Part shown: piece after piece, positions 20,402-30,961 of the stretch
Position numbering within the stretch: the first letter of the stretch is position 1
Layout of the letters: each line of letters starts with the position of its first letter
From: a virus
Lineage: Duplodnaviria; Caudoviricetes
DNA length: 64,000 nt
IMG/VR virus record: IMGVR_UViG_2974727265_000001
Coordinates: 35,495 to 99,494 of that record
Reading direction: 5' to 3' (one strand)
Translations under genes and position numbers: made by a program
The notes under the pieces: generated by a model
The model's database searches: none
What the model was told of the DNA's origin: nothing
The model's input: only the letters and a program-made list of their open reading frames with translations

Positions 20402-23400
20402 TCAACATATCTTATTATCTTGTTGGTCAGTTATACTATTAGCCTGTGCCTTAAGAGCATTGATAGTATCAATCAAATCATCTCTGCTAGCCTTATTCAA
20501 CATTTCAACAACCAGACTCCTCTCTAAAGTATTGTCTGCTTGCATTGCTAACTCAGTAGCTTCTTTTATCAAATCCTGTATAGACCTACCATCTTCTATA
20601 GTTACTACTTCTGGTTCTATAGAGGTACTTGCCTCTTCTACAACAACAGGAGCAGCCTCACTCTTAGAAGCTGTGAGAGGATTAGATACATACTGAAGAG
20701 ACTTACCTGAACTACCTAGAGCATCAACTCTTACATAGGTCATAGAGCCATATGGGCTTACATTGAACTCAGCCCCATCTCCACTACTTGCCATATATAT
20801 CATATCATCCATCATAATAGCAGGCTTAAAGCTATACTCACCTTTCTTAGCTGTTCTTAATAAGAAGTCATTCCCATCTTTGCCTAGTTTATCAACATCT
20901 AATATAAAGCTATCTTGAGCTACATTATTGTTGTATACCAGCCTGGATATAATCTTCTTACTATTGCCTTTAGGGGTATATACTAATCTCCTATTATCAG
21001 TATGATTCAATATATATTGCTTAGCAAATTCATTAGAATTGATACCTATATTGCCATTCTGGACATCATTCAAGAAGTCTACATAAGACTTAGGATTCCC
21101 ATTATAGTCAAAGCCAACCTGAACTCCTAGTTTAACCTCTACAGGTGCTAGGTTCATGAAAGCTAGTGGACTATAAGTAAAGCCCAGTTTATAGTAGTTA
21201 TACAAGAATAATGACTGTGCAATCTCTCTGGTCTCCTCATTCCTCATCAGGTCTCCCCAACTCTCTTTTAACTCATCCTTCTTATAAGACTCAAGTCCAC
21301 CAATATCCTGTATATTCATACTCACTTTACCTGTCTTTTCATCAGTAGTGAACTGCATATACTGGAATATAGGGAGTGTTCTCATAGCTGGATTATTATC
21401 CAAGACTTTATATAGACCTTCAGGGAATATCTTAGTGAAGTACTCTCTAGCTGTTACAGTTTCTCCTGCTGCATCTATAGATACACTGCCATTAAATAAG
21501 CTACTCTCCTGTTGACCAAGCATATAGACCATAAGGTCACTATGTACACTGTTAATAGTTTCTGCATTCAACAGACCATTATCAGTTAGCTTAGCTATAG
21601 TGTTTCTTGCATCCACATATGTCTTAGTATTGTATGGGAAGAATCTGTTAATTATCTTTTCAGCTCTTCTATTCATATCATACATAGCTTGTTCATATGC
21701 AAATGGGTTATCAAGTAACTTCTCCATATACTCTTGGTCACTCATGCCCTCAGTGCTCTCATCATTCATAGGAGTATAGATTCCATTAGCAACCTTCATA
21801 TGTATCTTTAGCTTATCAGCATTCTTGAAAGATTGCACATAGTTAGCTACTTTCATCTGCTGTGCATAGGCATCACCAAAGGTAGAACCTACAGCATTTG
21901 AAGCAGTAAACTTAGTATTTCTAACAAACTGGGATACATCATTACTTGCACTAATTATCTCCTTAAACAACTCAGCTATATGAATCTGTCTCTCAACAAA
22001 CTCATCATCCCCCATCAGGTCCTTCTTACTTTCATTAGCACTTCTAACTATATTATAGGCTAGCTTCTCTTTGCTAAACTCTTCAGGTACAGCTCTATTT
22101 AATTCTCCATCTACCTCATAAGTATCCAACACATTCCTTATAACAGTGTCTATATTGGATACTCCATTATTAAAGCCATACTCACATATATCCTTAATAA
22201 TAGGCTGATTGAATAACAAACCTATATCCTCAGTAGTATAACCAAGTCTAGCTAACATAGCACCAGCATCTGCTGTGATAGTATTCAAGTTCAAGAAGTT
22301 CAATACAGGGTCCTTAACAGCATCTACTGATGCAGACAAGAACTCAGCTACAGTCAAACTTGTATCTACCTCATTGTTATGCAGTAAGTCAAAATAAGAC
22401 TTGCCAGCAAATGAGATAGGCTCTTTTAAGTAGAACTCATCCATCAATGAAGCAAAGGCATGATTAGTATTCTGATTAGCAAAAATACCAATCAACTTGC
22501 CAGCTACCTGATTCTGCTGATTATATGTAATAATAGTTAATGGATCACTTGGGTCATAATTAGGCTCAGGGTCTTGTGATTTACCTTCAGCAATGTCCTT
22601 ACTTATGGTAGATAAATCAACAGTTCCATCAGTATGATTAACCTTATTCTTACCAAATAGTAACTCTCTCATTAGTCTTGCAGCTTTTGATGCATTAGCG
22701 AAACCACCTGGAGTGTATCTATTCTTAAAGGTCTCTTCATCCATCAATCTCTGTTGAATCAGATTAATAAGCATGTTGTTTCTAACAGCTCTACTATTCT
22801 CTAATGGAGTCTTATTGAAGTTATAGGTATCCAGTGATGAATACTTATTTCTCCTTCCAGACAACCAGTTGTTGAACTCAGCAGTTACACCTTCCTTATA
22901 CTTATATAATCTATCCTTCTCATTGACTTCAGTACCTAACAAACTAGACAGTAACTTACCAACACCTTTATCAGCACCTCTTAGTTCCTTCAACTCCTGA
23001 TATAGGTCAGGATGTTCACTATAGAAGTCTTTCCATGCCTTCTCTAACTGCTTCTCAGTCATCTCTGTAAATTGATACTCATTTCTCATGAAATAGAGTT
23101 TATCAATATCAAAGTCAAAACCTGCAATAGTAGTACCCTGAGGTGGAACCTTAATAGTACCTCCTGCCATCTTATGACTAAACCTCTTAACCTTAAGGTT
23201 AATCATAGAATAGTCTCTTTCAGTAGGGATTCTATATGCAAGTATGCTTAAGATGTTAGGATAGGTCTTCTCTATTAAAGGATTACCATCACTATCAGTC
23301 TTGATAGTACCATCTTCATTACACCAGTCATTGAATTCCAAGCTATGCTCAACACCATTAACATCAGTATAGTTCAGGTCCCAAGGTATCTCACATTCAG

Positions 23401-26400
23401 CATATAAGATATTGTTAGGATTATTAGGGTCAGTTACATATCTCAGTCCTCCATCTTCCTCATAACCAGTAATACCCATAGCAGATACCTGCACAGCACT
23501 ACCACCTTTAATAGATTGCTTGTTAACCATCTTCTTAAATAGGCTGAAGAATAGTGCAGATGAGTCATGTTCCAGACCTCCTTCAAACAAAGGAATAGTA
23601 AAGTTACCATTCTCATTTAAAGAGTAAGCCATCATGTTATCCTTAGACTCTCTACTATTGTTAGCAGTAGTTTGAATGAGTCTCTCACTTATCTTAGTAG
23701 GGTCACTGACTGCCTTTTCAAAGGTATTATAAGAGTCAACAATGTTAGCAGAGATTAGAGCATTATAGAATCTGATAACACCCAAACCATTCATAGGCAC
23801 TTTACCATATCTGCCACCAAGATTAACCATCTTACCTCCTACATAACTACTGTAGTCCTTAGCCTTATTGATACCTGCCATGATTAGCTTTCTTACCTGA
23901 GTACCAAATAGTTGAGAGCTATTTACATGCTCTGGTACATTAGTCTGAATCCTATAGTCAGTATAACTAAGCTTATGTACATAACCCTTATTAAGGTCAG
24001 TAGCAATGGTACTAGAGTTAGACTTAGATATATCTGTAGAACCAAATCCTCCTACTTTAACAATCTTAGTAGAACCAATCATGTCAATAGGTTCACTCTT
24101 TCCTGTTTCAGGATTCACATGGTCCTCCATCCAATAAGCTATATCCCTTAACTTACTACCAGAAGGTAGTAGTTCTGGAATAAGGACAGCTTCAGCATAC
24201 TTATGCTGTACAGGTATCTTGAGTACATTTGTGTTATTTATACTAAGATTCTCAAAGGTATACATATAAGGTTTGATAGGTTGGAAGATTACTGCAAGGT
24301 CATTCAGTGCTTTGATATCCTCTTTAGAAGGGTTCTCATCTTTGCCTATCTTAGCTCTCAGTGCTTGAATCTGATTATAAGTAGCTTCCTCTCTTTCTCC
24401 CCACTTACCTGACATACCCATGACCTTTCTATAGCTTTCAAGAGTTCTATATCCTTGACCATCAGTAAGAGTATTCCTCTTATATGCCTTATATACTAAA
24501 GAGTTCTTACCAAAGTGATTAGCAATAGCTCTCATAAACTCTTTATCAAAGTCCTCAGCATCAGCATTAATATCATCAAAGTACACTACTCTCTCAATAC
24601 CATCTTCACTGTACTTCTGACCAGTCCAGGGATTAATAGCTTCTGTGCTAAGAGCATTACCAGGAGCATGAATCTCCTTATATCTCTTCTGCAAATCCTT
24701 GGTTCCTACATAGAAAGATGGGTCAATAGTCATCATCTGTAATTGTTGAATGGTAGCAAACTTAGTATTCCAATAGTAGTCTGATAGTACATTATCTAAA
24801 CTTCTATCACCTTTTACTTCCTGACTCAGATACTTATATTGACCATTAACTTCATCAAGTACTCCTAACTCACTAAGCTTATTCTTGAAGTTACCAACAG
24901 CATCACTCATATATGCTTTGATAGCATTCTTAACTGATTGTTCAAGGTTACCCTCTTTAATCATATCAGCATACTTAGGTTCATTCAAGAAGGTAAGAAG
25001 GCTATACTCATTTTCTGTCTTAGAGAAGTTATCAATTAACTTATAACCTGCATCTCCCAGCTTCTTATTAGCTGCTTTGACAAGTTCCATTCTTCTATGT
25101 TCCTGTACATATACATTATACAGACCATCAAGTATCTCAGTACTGCTATATCTCTTAGCCTTAATGAATTTAGATACTCCACTATCACCAAGAATGAATA
25201 CAGGATACCATGCATACTGGCTCTTAGGGCTAATTTGTCTTTCAGAGAAGTACTCATTCAACATCTGTATAGCTTGCTGCTTACTAGTGAAATCCTCAAA
25301 GTTCAAATCACCTGTACCCAAGAATCTCTTATAAGTGAAGTTAGATGCAAAGTTATCCTCTTTAGACAGGTCACTATTATATAAGTCCTCTATCCATTTG
25401 TTGAGTATCTTATCATTATAATTAAAGTACTGTGAGTTCAGATAAGTGGTCTCAAGAGTAGCTCTAAGACCAGTTATATCACCTGCCTCAGCAAAGCTGG
25501 ATATCTTGTCAAATCTATCTCCCATGAATGATGGGGTCACATTACTATAGAATGTAGTATCACCATATCTAGTTCTGGATTCAAGCTTTAGACCTTCCCT
25601 GTTCTTAGCTACAATAGCAAGTATCTTAGTAATCTTCTCTCTCAGTACACCCTTCTTTTCATTACTTGTAGCTCTCTTTATGAGCTCTTCATAACTAATA
25701 GACTTAGCCCCTGACTTCTCCTCATTAGATAGATTAAGACCAAACTGAGCAGTCTGTAATAGATTCTCAGTTAGCTTTCTCATGTCAGCTGCTTTACTCA
25801 TGATTCTATCAAGAGTCTCCCCATCTATATCAATGTTGAGAGCTTCTGTAGCTTCAATTAAGAACTGCTTCTTCTCTACTCTGCTTAGGTTATCAAACTT
25901 ACTTTTAGGTCTTGTAGGCTTAGCTGTTGCAATAGGAGATGCATTATATATAGCTACTTTTCTATCATACTCCTTCTGGGCTTCTTCAGAGATTGAAAGG
26001 TTATCAAGAATATAATTCCTTATTCTCTCTACTCTTACAGGCATAATCCTTGTACTCAACCCACTCTTTTCAAAGATACTTCTGGTGGGATTAACCAGCT
26101 TACCCATCTTAACACCAGTTAAGAAGGAACTGAAAGGTCTATCACCTTTGATTCTATTAAGTATAGCAGTTTTATACTTAACAAAGGGCCCATCCTTCTC
26201 TTCAGTCTGCATTGAATAGGGCTGGAAGTTCTTCTTGAAATCAGTATAGAACTGAGTTCTTACTTGAGGATTCTCAAGCTCTATCATGAATGGTGTTACC
26301 CAGCCAGCTGTACCACTATATCTTCTAAGTGCAGCCATCATTTCAGTCTCACTTCCAACTCCTCTTAATACATCAAGTAACTCTTGGTGCATCCTTACAG

Positions 26401-27199
26401 GGTCCTGCATTACAGGGAATCCTAGATCATCCATCACAGGCTCACCATCCTTATAGACAGGAGTTCTTCCAATTACCTTTCTGACTTGCTTACCAATAGA
26501 ACCAAAGCTTGATTCTAATTCAGCTTTATCCATCCAACCTTCTCTCTTTGATTCTTCCATGATGAACTTCTCAGTCATGTCATTCTCATTGAAATTATTA
26601 GGATTGGAATCATCAGCAAAGTTAATATTCTGACCTAATTTGAGGTCTTCTGCATCTCTAATTCTAATCTTTGCAAAGGATATTAAGGCTCCCCAGTTAT
26701 CAAATATCTTCTGATACTTAGCTGCTGTCTCAGTGTCACCTTCTTCTACTGCATCACTGTACTGTGATTGAAGTGTATCATATATCTCATTGAAGATACC
26801 TGCTACACCACCAACCTGTTGTCCATTTTCAGTATATCCAGCTATGATGTCCTTCCTACTTCTAGCAGGGTTCTCCTCCTGAACAGCATCTACAATGTCT
26901 GAGAATAGGGTGGAAATCATACTGACTCTGTTAAATCTTTCCTCAGCAGTGAAGTCATCTCTCAACTGATTATATGACACAGCTGGGTTATTAACAGCAT
27001 CAAGTAACCTCTTAGCATCCTCTTTACTGAGTGTTCTTCTGAATTTAACCAGAGTCTCAGCATCTGGAGTTCCAGCATCAGGATTTCTCTCTTGATACAG
27101 ACCTCTCAGATTAGCAACTAAGTATTTATTCCATCCTGTTACCTTACTAGCTATTACATCATCCAGACCTTTCTCTGGAGTATAACAAGTCTTACTCAT
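20402..27199 (-). CDS. virion-packaged single-chain two-barrel RNA polymerase (phi14:2 gp66-like)
   Basis: 2265 aa; catalytic GFDFDIDKL (DxDxD), AYRIPTE, TDGQGY, QPIKP, HKYAE motifs of crAss-like RNAP. Confidence 0.9.
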   Translation of the reverse strand: MSKTCYTPEKGLDDVIASKVTGWNKYLVANLRGLYQERNPDAGTPDAETLVKFRRTLSKEDAKRLLDAVNNPAVSYNQLRDDFTAEERFNRVSMISTLFSDIVDAVQEENPARSRKDIIAGYTENGQQVGGVAGIFNEIYDTLQSQYSDAVEEGDTETAAKYQKIFDNWGALISFAKIRIRDAEDLKLGQNINFADDSNPNNFNENDMTEKFIMEESKREGWMDKAELESSFGSIGKQVRKVIGRTPVYKDGEPVMDDLGFPVMQDPVRMHQELLDVLRGVGSETEMMAALRRYSGTAGWVTPFMIELENPQVRTQFYTDFKKNFQPYSMQTEEKDGPFVKYKTAILNRIKGDRPFSSFLTGVKMGKLVNPTRSIFEKSGLSTRIMPVRVERIRNYILDNLSISEEAQKEYDRKVAIYNASPIATAKPTRPKSKFDNLSRVEKKQFLIEATEALNIDIDGETLDRIMSKAADMRKLTENLLQTAQFGLNLSNEEKSGAKSISYEELIKRATSNEKKGVLREKITKILAIVAKNREGLKLESRTRYGDTTFYSNVTPSFMGDRFDKISSFAEAGDITGLRATLETTYLNSQYFNYNDKILNKWIEDLYNSDLSKEDNFASNFTYKRFLGTGDLNFEDFTSKQQAIQMLNEYFSERQISPKSQYAWYPVFILGDSGVSKFIKAKRYSSTEILDGLYNVYVQEHRRMELVKAANKKLGDAGYKLIDNFSKTENEYSLLTFLNEPKYADMIKEGNLEQSVKNAIKAYMSDAVGNFKNKLSELGVLDEVNGQYKYLSQEVKGDRSLDNVLSDYYWNTKFATIQQLQMMTIDPSFYVGTKDLQKRYKEIHAPGNALSTEAINPWTGQKYSEDGIERVVYFDDINADAEDFDKEFMRAIANHFGKNSLVYKAYKRNTLTDGQGYRTLESYRKVMGMSGKWGEREEATYNQIQALRAKIGKDENPSKEDIKALNDLAVIFQPIKPYMYTFENLSINNTNVLKIPVQHKYAEAVLIPELLPSGSKLRDIAYWMEDHVNPETGKSEPIDMIGSTKIVKVGGFGSTDISKSNSSTIATDLNKGYVHKLSYTDYRIQTNVPEHVNSSQLFGTQVRKLIMAGINKAKDYSSYVGGKMVNLGGRYGKVPMNGLGVIRFYNALISANIVDSYNTFEKAVSDPTKISERLIQTTANNSRESKDNMMAYSLNENGNFTIPLFEGGLEHDSSALFFSLFKKMVNKQSIKGGSAVQVSAMGITGYEEDGGLRYVTDPNNPNNILYAECEIPWDLNYTDVNGVEHSLEFNDWCNEDGTIKTDSDGNPLIEKTYPNILSILAYRIPTERDYSMINLKVKRFSHKMAGGTIKVPPQGTTIAGFDFDIDKLYFMRNEYQFTEMTEKQLEKAWKDFYSEHPDLYQELKELRGADKGVGKLLSSLLGTEVNEKDRLYKYKEGVTAEFNNWLSGRRNKYSSLDTYNFNKTPLENSRAVRNNMLINLIQQRLMDEETFKNRYTPGGFANASKAARLMRELLFGKNKVNHTDGTVDLSTISKDIAEGKSQDPEPNYDPSDPLTIITYNQQNQVAGKLIGIFANQNTNHAFASLMDEFYLKEPISFAGKSYFDLLHNNEVDTSLTVAEFLSASVDAVKDPVLNFLNLNTITADAGAMLARLGYTTEDIGLLFNQPIIKDICEYGFNNGVSNIDTVIRNVLDTYEVDGELNRAVPEEFSKEKLAYNIVRSANESKKDLMGDDEFVERQIHIAELFKEIISASNDVSQFVRNTKFTASNAVGSTFGDAYAQQMKVANYVQSFKNADKLKIHMKVANGIYTPMNDESTEGMSDQEYMEKLLDNPFAYEQAMYDMNRRAEKIINRFFPYNTKTYVDARNTIAKLTDNGLLNAETINSVHSDLMVYMLGQQESSLFNGSVSIDAAGETVTAREYFTKIFPEGLYKVLDNNPAMRTLPIFQYMQFTTDEKTGKVSMNIQDIGGLESYKKDELKESWGDLMRNEETREIAQSLFLYNYYKLGFTYSPLAFMNLAPVEVKLGVQVGFDYNGNPKSYVDFLNDVQNGNIGINSNEFAKQYILNHTDNRRLVYTPKGNSKKIISRLVYNNNVAQDSFILDVDKLGKDGNDFLLRTAKKGEYSFKPAIMMDDMIYMASSGDGAEFNVSPYGSMTYVRVDALGSSGKSLQYVSNPLTASKSEAAPVVVEEASTSIEPEVVTIEDGRSIQDLIKEATELAMQADNTLERSLVVEMLNKASRDDLIDTINALKAQANSITDQQDNKIC

Positions 27200-27228
27200 A
27201 TAACATTCAATTAATTAGTTATTTACTT

Positions 27229-27262
27229 TGCAAAAGTAGAATATATTTTTTAAATAAGCAAT
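27229..27262 (-). promoter_or_regulatory. Bacteroidetes-type promoter for the RNAP operon
   Basis: Minus-strand TACTTTTGCA (27238-27229), identical to the cargo-operon -7 box, ATTG 20 nt upstream; about 30 nt before the RNAP ATG. Confidence 0.6.
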
Positions 27263-27308
27263 AGAATAAGTCTAAATGTTCTATGTGAGAAGAACATTTC
27301 TTATATAA

Positions 27309-27336
27309 GAACAAAGGGGAGTATTGCTACTCCCCT
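27309..27336 (-). terminator. intrinsic terminator ending the replication block
   Basis: Minus strand AGGGGAGTA-GCAA-TACTCCCCT followed by TTGTTC. Confidence 0.75.
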
Positions 27337-27349
27337 CTATAATAGGTAC

Positions 27350-27568
27350 TTAAGACAAGATATCAAGGAGAGAGTTAGCACCAAGTTTATGCATGCAAGT
27401 ACTATGACTAACTCTTCTAGCATACTCTTTGATGTTTATAGTCTCCTGATACCATGAATATTCATAATTCTTCCTGTCCCAACCATCAGGGTCCATCACC
27501 TTAGGATAGGGGTATAACTCCTGCCATTCAGCTGAAGTCCTTAACTCAGTTAAATCAATCTTATTCAT
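27350..27568 (-). CDS. hypothetical protein (start reassigned to MNKIDL)
   Basis: KVMDPDGWDRKNY segment; ATG at 27568 overlaps the upstream gene stop. Confidence 0.6.
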   Translation of the reverse strand: MNKIDLTELRTSAEWQELYPYPKVMDPDGWDRKNYEYSWYQETINIKEYARRVSHSTCMHKLGANSLLDILS

Positions 27569-28130
27569 GTACAATCTGAATAAGACTTGGGTCAATGCCA
27601 ACTCCCTTGCCTTCAGAGATATCCTTTAGAGTTAACTTAACTCTAGTAGGTTTAACTGTGATTTCATCCAACTTGTGAGATGTAATAGTGAACTGTCTGT
27701 TAGTACCACTAGGCAGCTCTGTGAAACCTAATGGACTTACAGTTAAGATAGGATAGTCAGCACCTTCAAGGATAGCAACTACTACTCTTTCAGTACTCTT
27801 CTTCTCCAACTTAGCTACTATTCTATCTCCCACCTTAAGAGTAGTGTTGATAACAGGGGATGGTGTAGGTTCCTCTACAGTCTTAGAAGGTACTTCATCA
27901 GGTATTAAACTAAACTGGCGCAGATTAATAATCTTGCTCCAGAAAGGAGTACCTTCAACAGTTCTAGACCAGTTAAAGCCACCCTCAATAAGAGAGGCAT
28001 CACACTTTCTTTGGAATACACTAATGTCTTCCTTGTTACCTTGTTCTACTTGCTTTTTAAGCATCAACTCAACCACCCTTGCAGGGAAGTCTTTGATGCT
28101 GCCAATTAAATGTCTTTCTTCTACTTTCAT
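27561..28130 (-). CDS. hypothetical protein
   Basis: 189 aa ORF in operon; GGFNWSRTVEGTPFWSKI segment. Confidence 0.65.
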   Translation of the reverse strand: MKVEERHLIGSIKDFPARVVELMLKKQVEQGNKEDISVFQRKCDASLIEGGFNWSRTVEGTPFWSKIINLRQFSLIPDEVPSKTVEEPTPSPVINTTLKVGDRIVAKLEKKSTERVVVAILEGADYPILTVSPLGFTELPSGTNRQFTITSHKLDEITVKPTRVKLTLKDISEGKGVGIDPSLIQIVHE

Positions 28131-28134
28131 AATG

Positions 28135-28296
28135 CTAACTAATTATTTTGAATGAGTCTCTTTCTACTTGAATAAAAGTGTTTAACCTCTCACCTCTAAC
28201 AAAACATTTATCATTAGAGGTTATCCACACTTCTCTTACTTCAATGGTTCCATCATTATAAGAGAATTCACCTAATACAATTCTATAACCAATCAT
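28135..28296 (-). CDS. small hypothetical protein (53 aa, not in ORF track)
   Basis: MIGYRIVLGEFSYNDGTIEVREVWITSNDKCFVRGERLNTFIQVERDSFKIIS* fills the gap, ATGA overlap with upstream gene. Confidence 0.5.
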   Translation of the reverse strand: MIGYRIVLGEFSYNDGTIEVREVWITSNDKCFVRGERLNTFIQVERDSFKIIS

Positions 28297-28901
28297 TCTA
28301 CTACATACTTCTTACCATCAATGATTAGCCATTGAATAGTATTAATGTTAACTGGTCTCACACTCTCATCAGTAGGGAGGTCTACATCAACACAGTTATA
28401 TCTTCCATCTCTGGATTCAAATTGTATCTTGAAACCTCTCAATACTCTGTCCTCTCCCTCTTCATAGGGAAGGATAGGATTCTTGATTAGCTCTTCTGCG
28501 AACTTCTTTGCAGCCTCAGCCACACCCTTCTTGCTCTTTTGAATAGTGTCAATCTCATTAGAGAAGTCACTAATCAGTGTAGCAATCTCAGCATTTAACT
28601 TCTTCTGAGTTTTAGGCTTATCCTGCTTCTTGAAACATACAGTGAATGCTTGGTCACTGTGTATGTTTTCAAAGATGCTTCTAATGCCTAGAGTACCATC
28701 TCTCTTATCCTCCTTGGTGACCTTGACAACTTCAAGTACTTCATCAGCTGAAGTGAGATACTTTTCAATGTACATCTTATTAATATGTACAATATCACCA
28801 CTCTCTAGATGCTCAAGCATTGTATCATTGCCTATCATCTTTGTAACTCTGTAATGAGATGATTCACTCAATACATCACCTACTTTAAATTCTTTAATCA
28901 T
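28293..28901 (-). CDS. hypothetical protein
   Basis: 202 aa ORF with genome-typical codon usage. Confidence 0.7.
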   Translation of the reverse strand: MIKEFKVGDVLSESSHYRVTKMIGNDTMLEHLESGDIVHINKMYIEKYLTSADEVLEVVKVTKEDKRDGTLGIRSIFENIHSDQAFTVCFKKQDKPKTQKKLNAEIATLISDFSNEIDTIQKSKKGVAEAAKKFAEELIKNPILPYEEGEDRVLRGFKIQFESRDGRYNCVDVDLPTDESVRPVNINTIQWLIIDGKKYVVE

Positions 28902-28905
28902 AATG

Positions 28906-29001
28906 TTATAGTTTAAATATGTTCTTTACTGCATATACCACAGTCAGGAGAGATATTCCTATTCCAAGAAAGAATCCTCCTAAAAATAACAACACTCCCA
29001 T
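28906..29001 (-). CDS. small single-TM peptide (31 aa, not in ORF track)
   Basis: MGVLLFLGGFFLGIGISLLTVVYAVKNIFKL* exactly fills the gap between thyX and the next gene. Confidence 0.45.
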   Translation of the reverse strand: MGVLLFLGGFFLGIGISLLTVVYAVKNIFKL

Positions 29002-29003
29002 AA

Positions 29004-29966
29004 TTAGTCTGGATTAGCTACATCATACAAATCTGGTATCATCTCACTATGTAATCCATGAGCCAAGAAGTATGCATCAGGATGAGCATGCTGCTTATCA
29101 TCTCTTAACTCAAAGAAGTGTTTCCAGTCACTGATGAATGCAGTATGAACTAACTCAGTATTAGTATCTAAAGGTAATACTACTCTAGCTTCTTGAGGCT
29201 TTCTACCTAATTCAAGGAGTTTCAAGTAAGTCTCTTCAGCTACATAGTTAGACCACAACCACCACTCAATACTACCCCAATCCTTAGATGAGACTTCACA
29301 AAAGTCTTCATTAAAGTACTCCTTCTTCAATTCATCAAAGGTTGGCAGCTCCCATCCTGGGAAATTGTATAGTTCATTCATAGAACTATTAACCCAACTA
29401 GGTATATTGATGTTTACTCCACCAAACTTATCCTTACCAAAGTTACAATATCTAGTAGACTGCTCAGCCATAGAGTTTACTCTGTGTCTGTTGAACTCTC
29501 TTGATATTGCTATTTGCAGGTCAAAATGCACAGAGATTCTATCCTCCACAGGCTCACCAAAGCTCAATCCTTCTGGTAAGTCATCATGCTCTATAATGTA
29601 ATCCCACAGCATAGGAGTCTTTTCAAAGATAACTCTCATATTAGTAGAGAATCTTCTACTCATCTCATCTTCACTTACTTCAAACTTTGAATGGCTATCA
29701 AAGATAGTGTACTTCAGTTGCTTATACATATCATAGTTAGTACTCTTCATCTTACTCATATCTTGAAGTAGATGAATAGAACCATGCTCTAACATGGCAG
29801 TATGCCCACTCTTAGTCATTCTAAGTACAAACTCCTTAGCAGTGCCTTCTGCTATCTTATCTTCTGACTTGTAGCAGACTCTGCCTGCTCTCTCTATCTG
29901 TTTATAGATTCCCTCTATTCCAGATTCTTGATTCCATATTTCAAATGCTGGTACTACTAGTTTCAT
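29004..29966 (-). CDS. thyX: flavin-dependent thymidylate synthase
   Basis: IERAGRVCYKS, GHTAMLEH, signature REFNRHRVNSMAEQSTRY, PQEARVVLP, FFELR. Confidence 0.93.
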   Translation of the reverse strand: MKLVVPAFEIWNQESGIEGIYKQIERAGRVCYKSEDKIAEGTAKEFVLRMTKSGHTAMLEHGSIHLLQDMSKMKSTNYDMYKQLKYTIFDSHSKFEVSEDEMSRRFSTNMRVIFEKTPMLWDYIIEHDDLPEGLSFGEPVEDRISVHFDLQIAISREFNRHRVNSMAEQSTRYCNFGKDKFGGVNINIPSWVNSSMNELYNFPGWELPTFDELKKEYFNEDFCEVSSKDWGSIEWWLWSNYVAEETYLKLLELGRKPQEARVVLPLDTNTELVHTAFISDWKHFFELRDDKQHAHPDAYFLAHGLHSEMIPDLYDVANPD

Positions 29967-30255
29967 ACTCCTCCTTTAATTCAATTAATAACTCTTCAAT
30001 AGGCTTTAGAGCCTCTAACATTTCTCCCAACTTAGCTCTGGCTTTGTCATAGTTGGAACCATTCACAATGCCCTTAATCTTATGATAGTTACTATATACT
30101 AATGATATAGGAAGGTCCTCTCCCATCTTAGCAGGTTTTACCATTTTGGTGAACTCTGCATCATATCTGCTATAAAACCCCAACACATTAGCCAATTCAT
30201 TTCCAGTTAACTGAACTATATAGTCACTATCATTAGATGCTCCTAATATCTTCAT
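29941..30255 (-). CDS. hypothetical protein
   Basis: 104 aa ORF overlapping neighbours in the operon. Confidence 0.6.
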   Translation of the reverse strand: MKILGASNDSDYIVQLTGNELANVLGFYSRYDAEFTKMVKPAKMGEDLPISLVYSNYHKIKGIVNGSNYDKARAKLGEMLEALKPIEELLIELKEEYETSSTSI

Positions 30256-30449
30256 ACTTCTGGTGTTATTTTAACAAACTGATCACTGGACTTGATATAG
30301 GTTCTTGCATAAAGAGGGTCACTCTCTTTAATCTTAACCCTGCGCTCAGTTATAGAGGTTATCTTTCCTACTATTAACTCTTTGTAGTGATTAGGAACAA
30401 ATACTACAGTATCTCCAACCTTTACTTCTCTACCTAATTTATCTATCAT
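30252..30449 (-). CDS. small KOW/SH3-like hypothetical protein
   Basis: MIDKLGREVKVGDTVVF...GKITSI pattern. Confidence 0.55.
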   Translation of the reverse strand: MIDKLGREVKVGDTVVFVPNHYKELIVGKITSITERRVKIKESDPLYARTYIKSSDQFVKITPEV

Positions 30450-30450
30450 A

Positions 30451-30696
30451 TTACTCCTCCACTGCTACATAATCATCTACTATCCACTGCCTACCTTGAA
30501 AGAAGGGAGGCATCACTTGATCTTTAGCTAACTCAGTTAAACTTAACTCTTGCTCTCTCCAATCTTTAGGTACATGGATAGTAGTACTCTTACTACAAGT
30601 GATACTGATAGTTACATCAATCTCCTCTAGTTCATCCTCATTGTAGGGAGCCATAGGGTCATTAGCTGCCCCAGGTGGGTAATTATCTGTACTCAT
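30451..30696 (-). CDS. hypothetical protein
   Basis: 81 aa acidic ORF beginning NYPPGAANDPMAPYNE. Confidence 0.6.
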   Translation of the reverse strand: MSTDNYPPGAANDPMAPYNEDELEEIDVTISITCSKSTTIHVPKDWREQELSLTELAKDQVMPPFFQGRQWIVDDYVAVEE

Positions 30697-30961
30697 TGTA
30701 TGTCACTACTTGTTCAGCCATTAGTCCACAACAGGGTGGTATAACCACCTCTTCACATTTAGTTATAAGGTAATCAGATTGAGTACCATTATACATACCA
30801 CTAGTCTTAAGGATGTTGCCTGCTTCCTCAGCATTAGGTGCTTTGACTATTGCACAGCCTTTTCCTTTAGCCCTCACATTAAATGTTACCACCCATATCT
30901 TAGGTGGAATGAAGGCAGTCTCAACTGCCTCATGTAATACATCTTCAATAGCTATATCCAT
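30683..30961 (-). CDS. hypothetical protein (start reassigned to MDIAIED)
   Basis: Shorter start removes a long overlap with the 30945..31238 ORF. Confidence 0.55.
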   Translation of the reverse strand: MDIAIEDVLHEAVETAFIPPKIWVVTFNVRAKGKGCAIVKAPNAEEAGNILKTSGMYNGTQSDYLITKCEEVVIPPCCGLMAEQVVTYNEYR

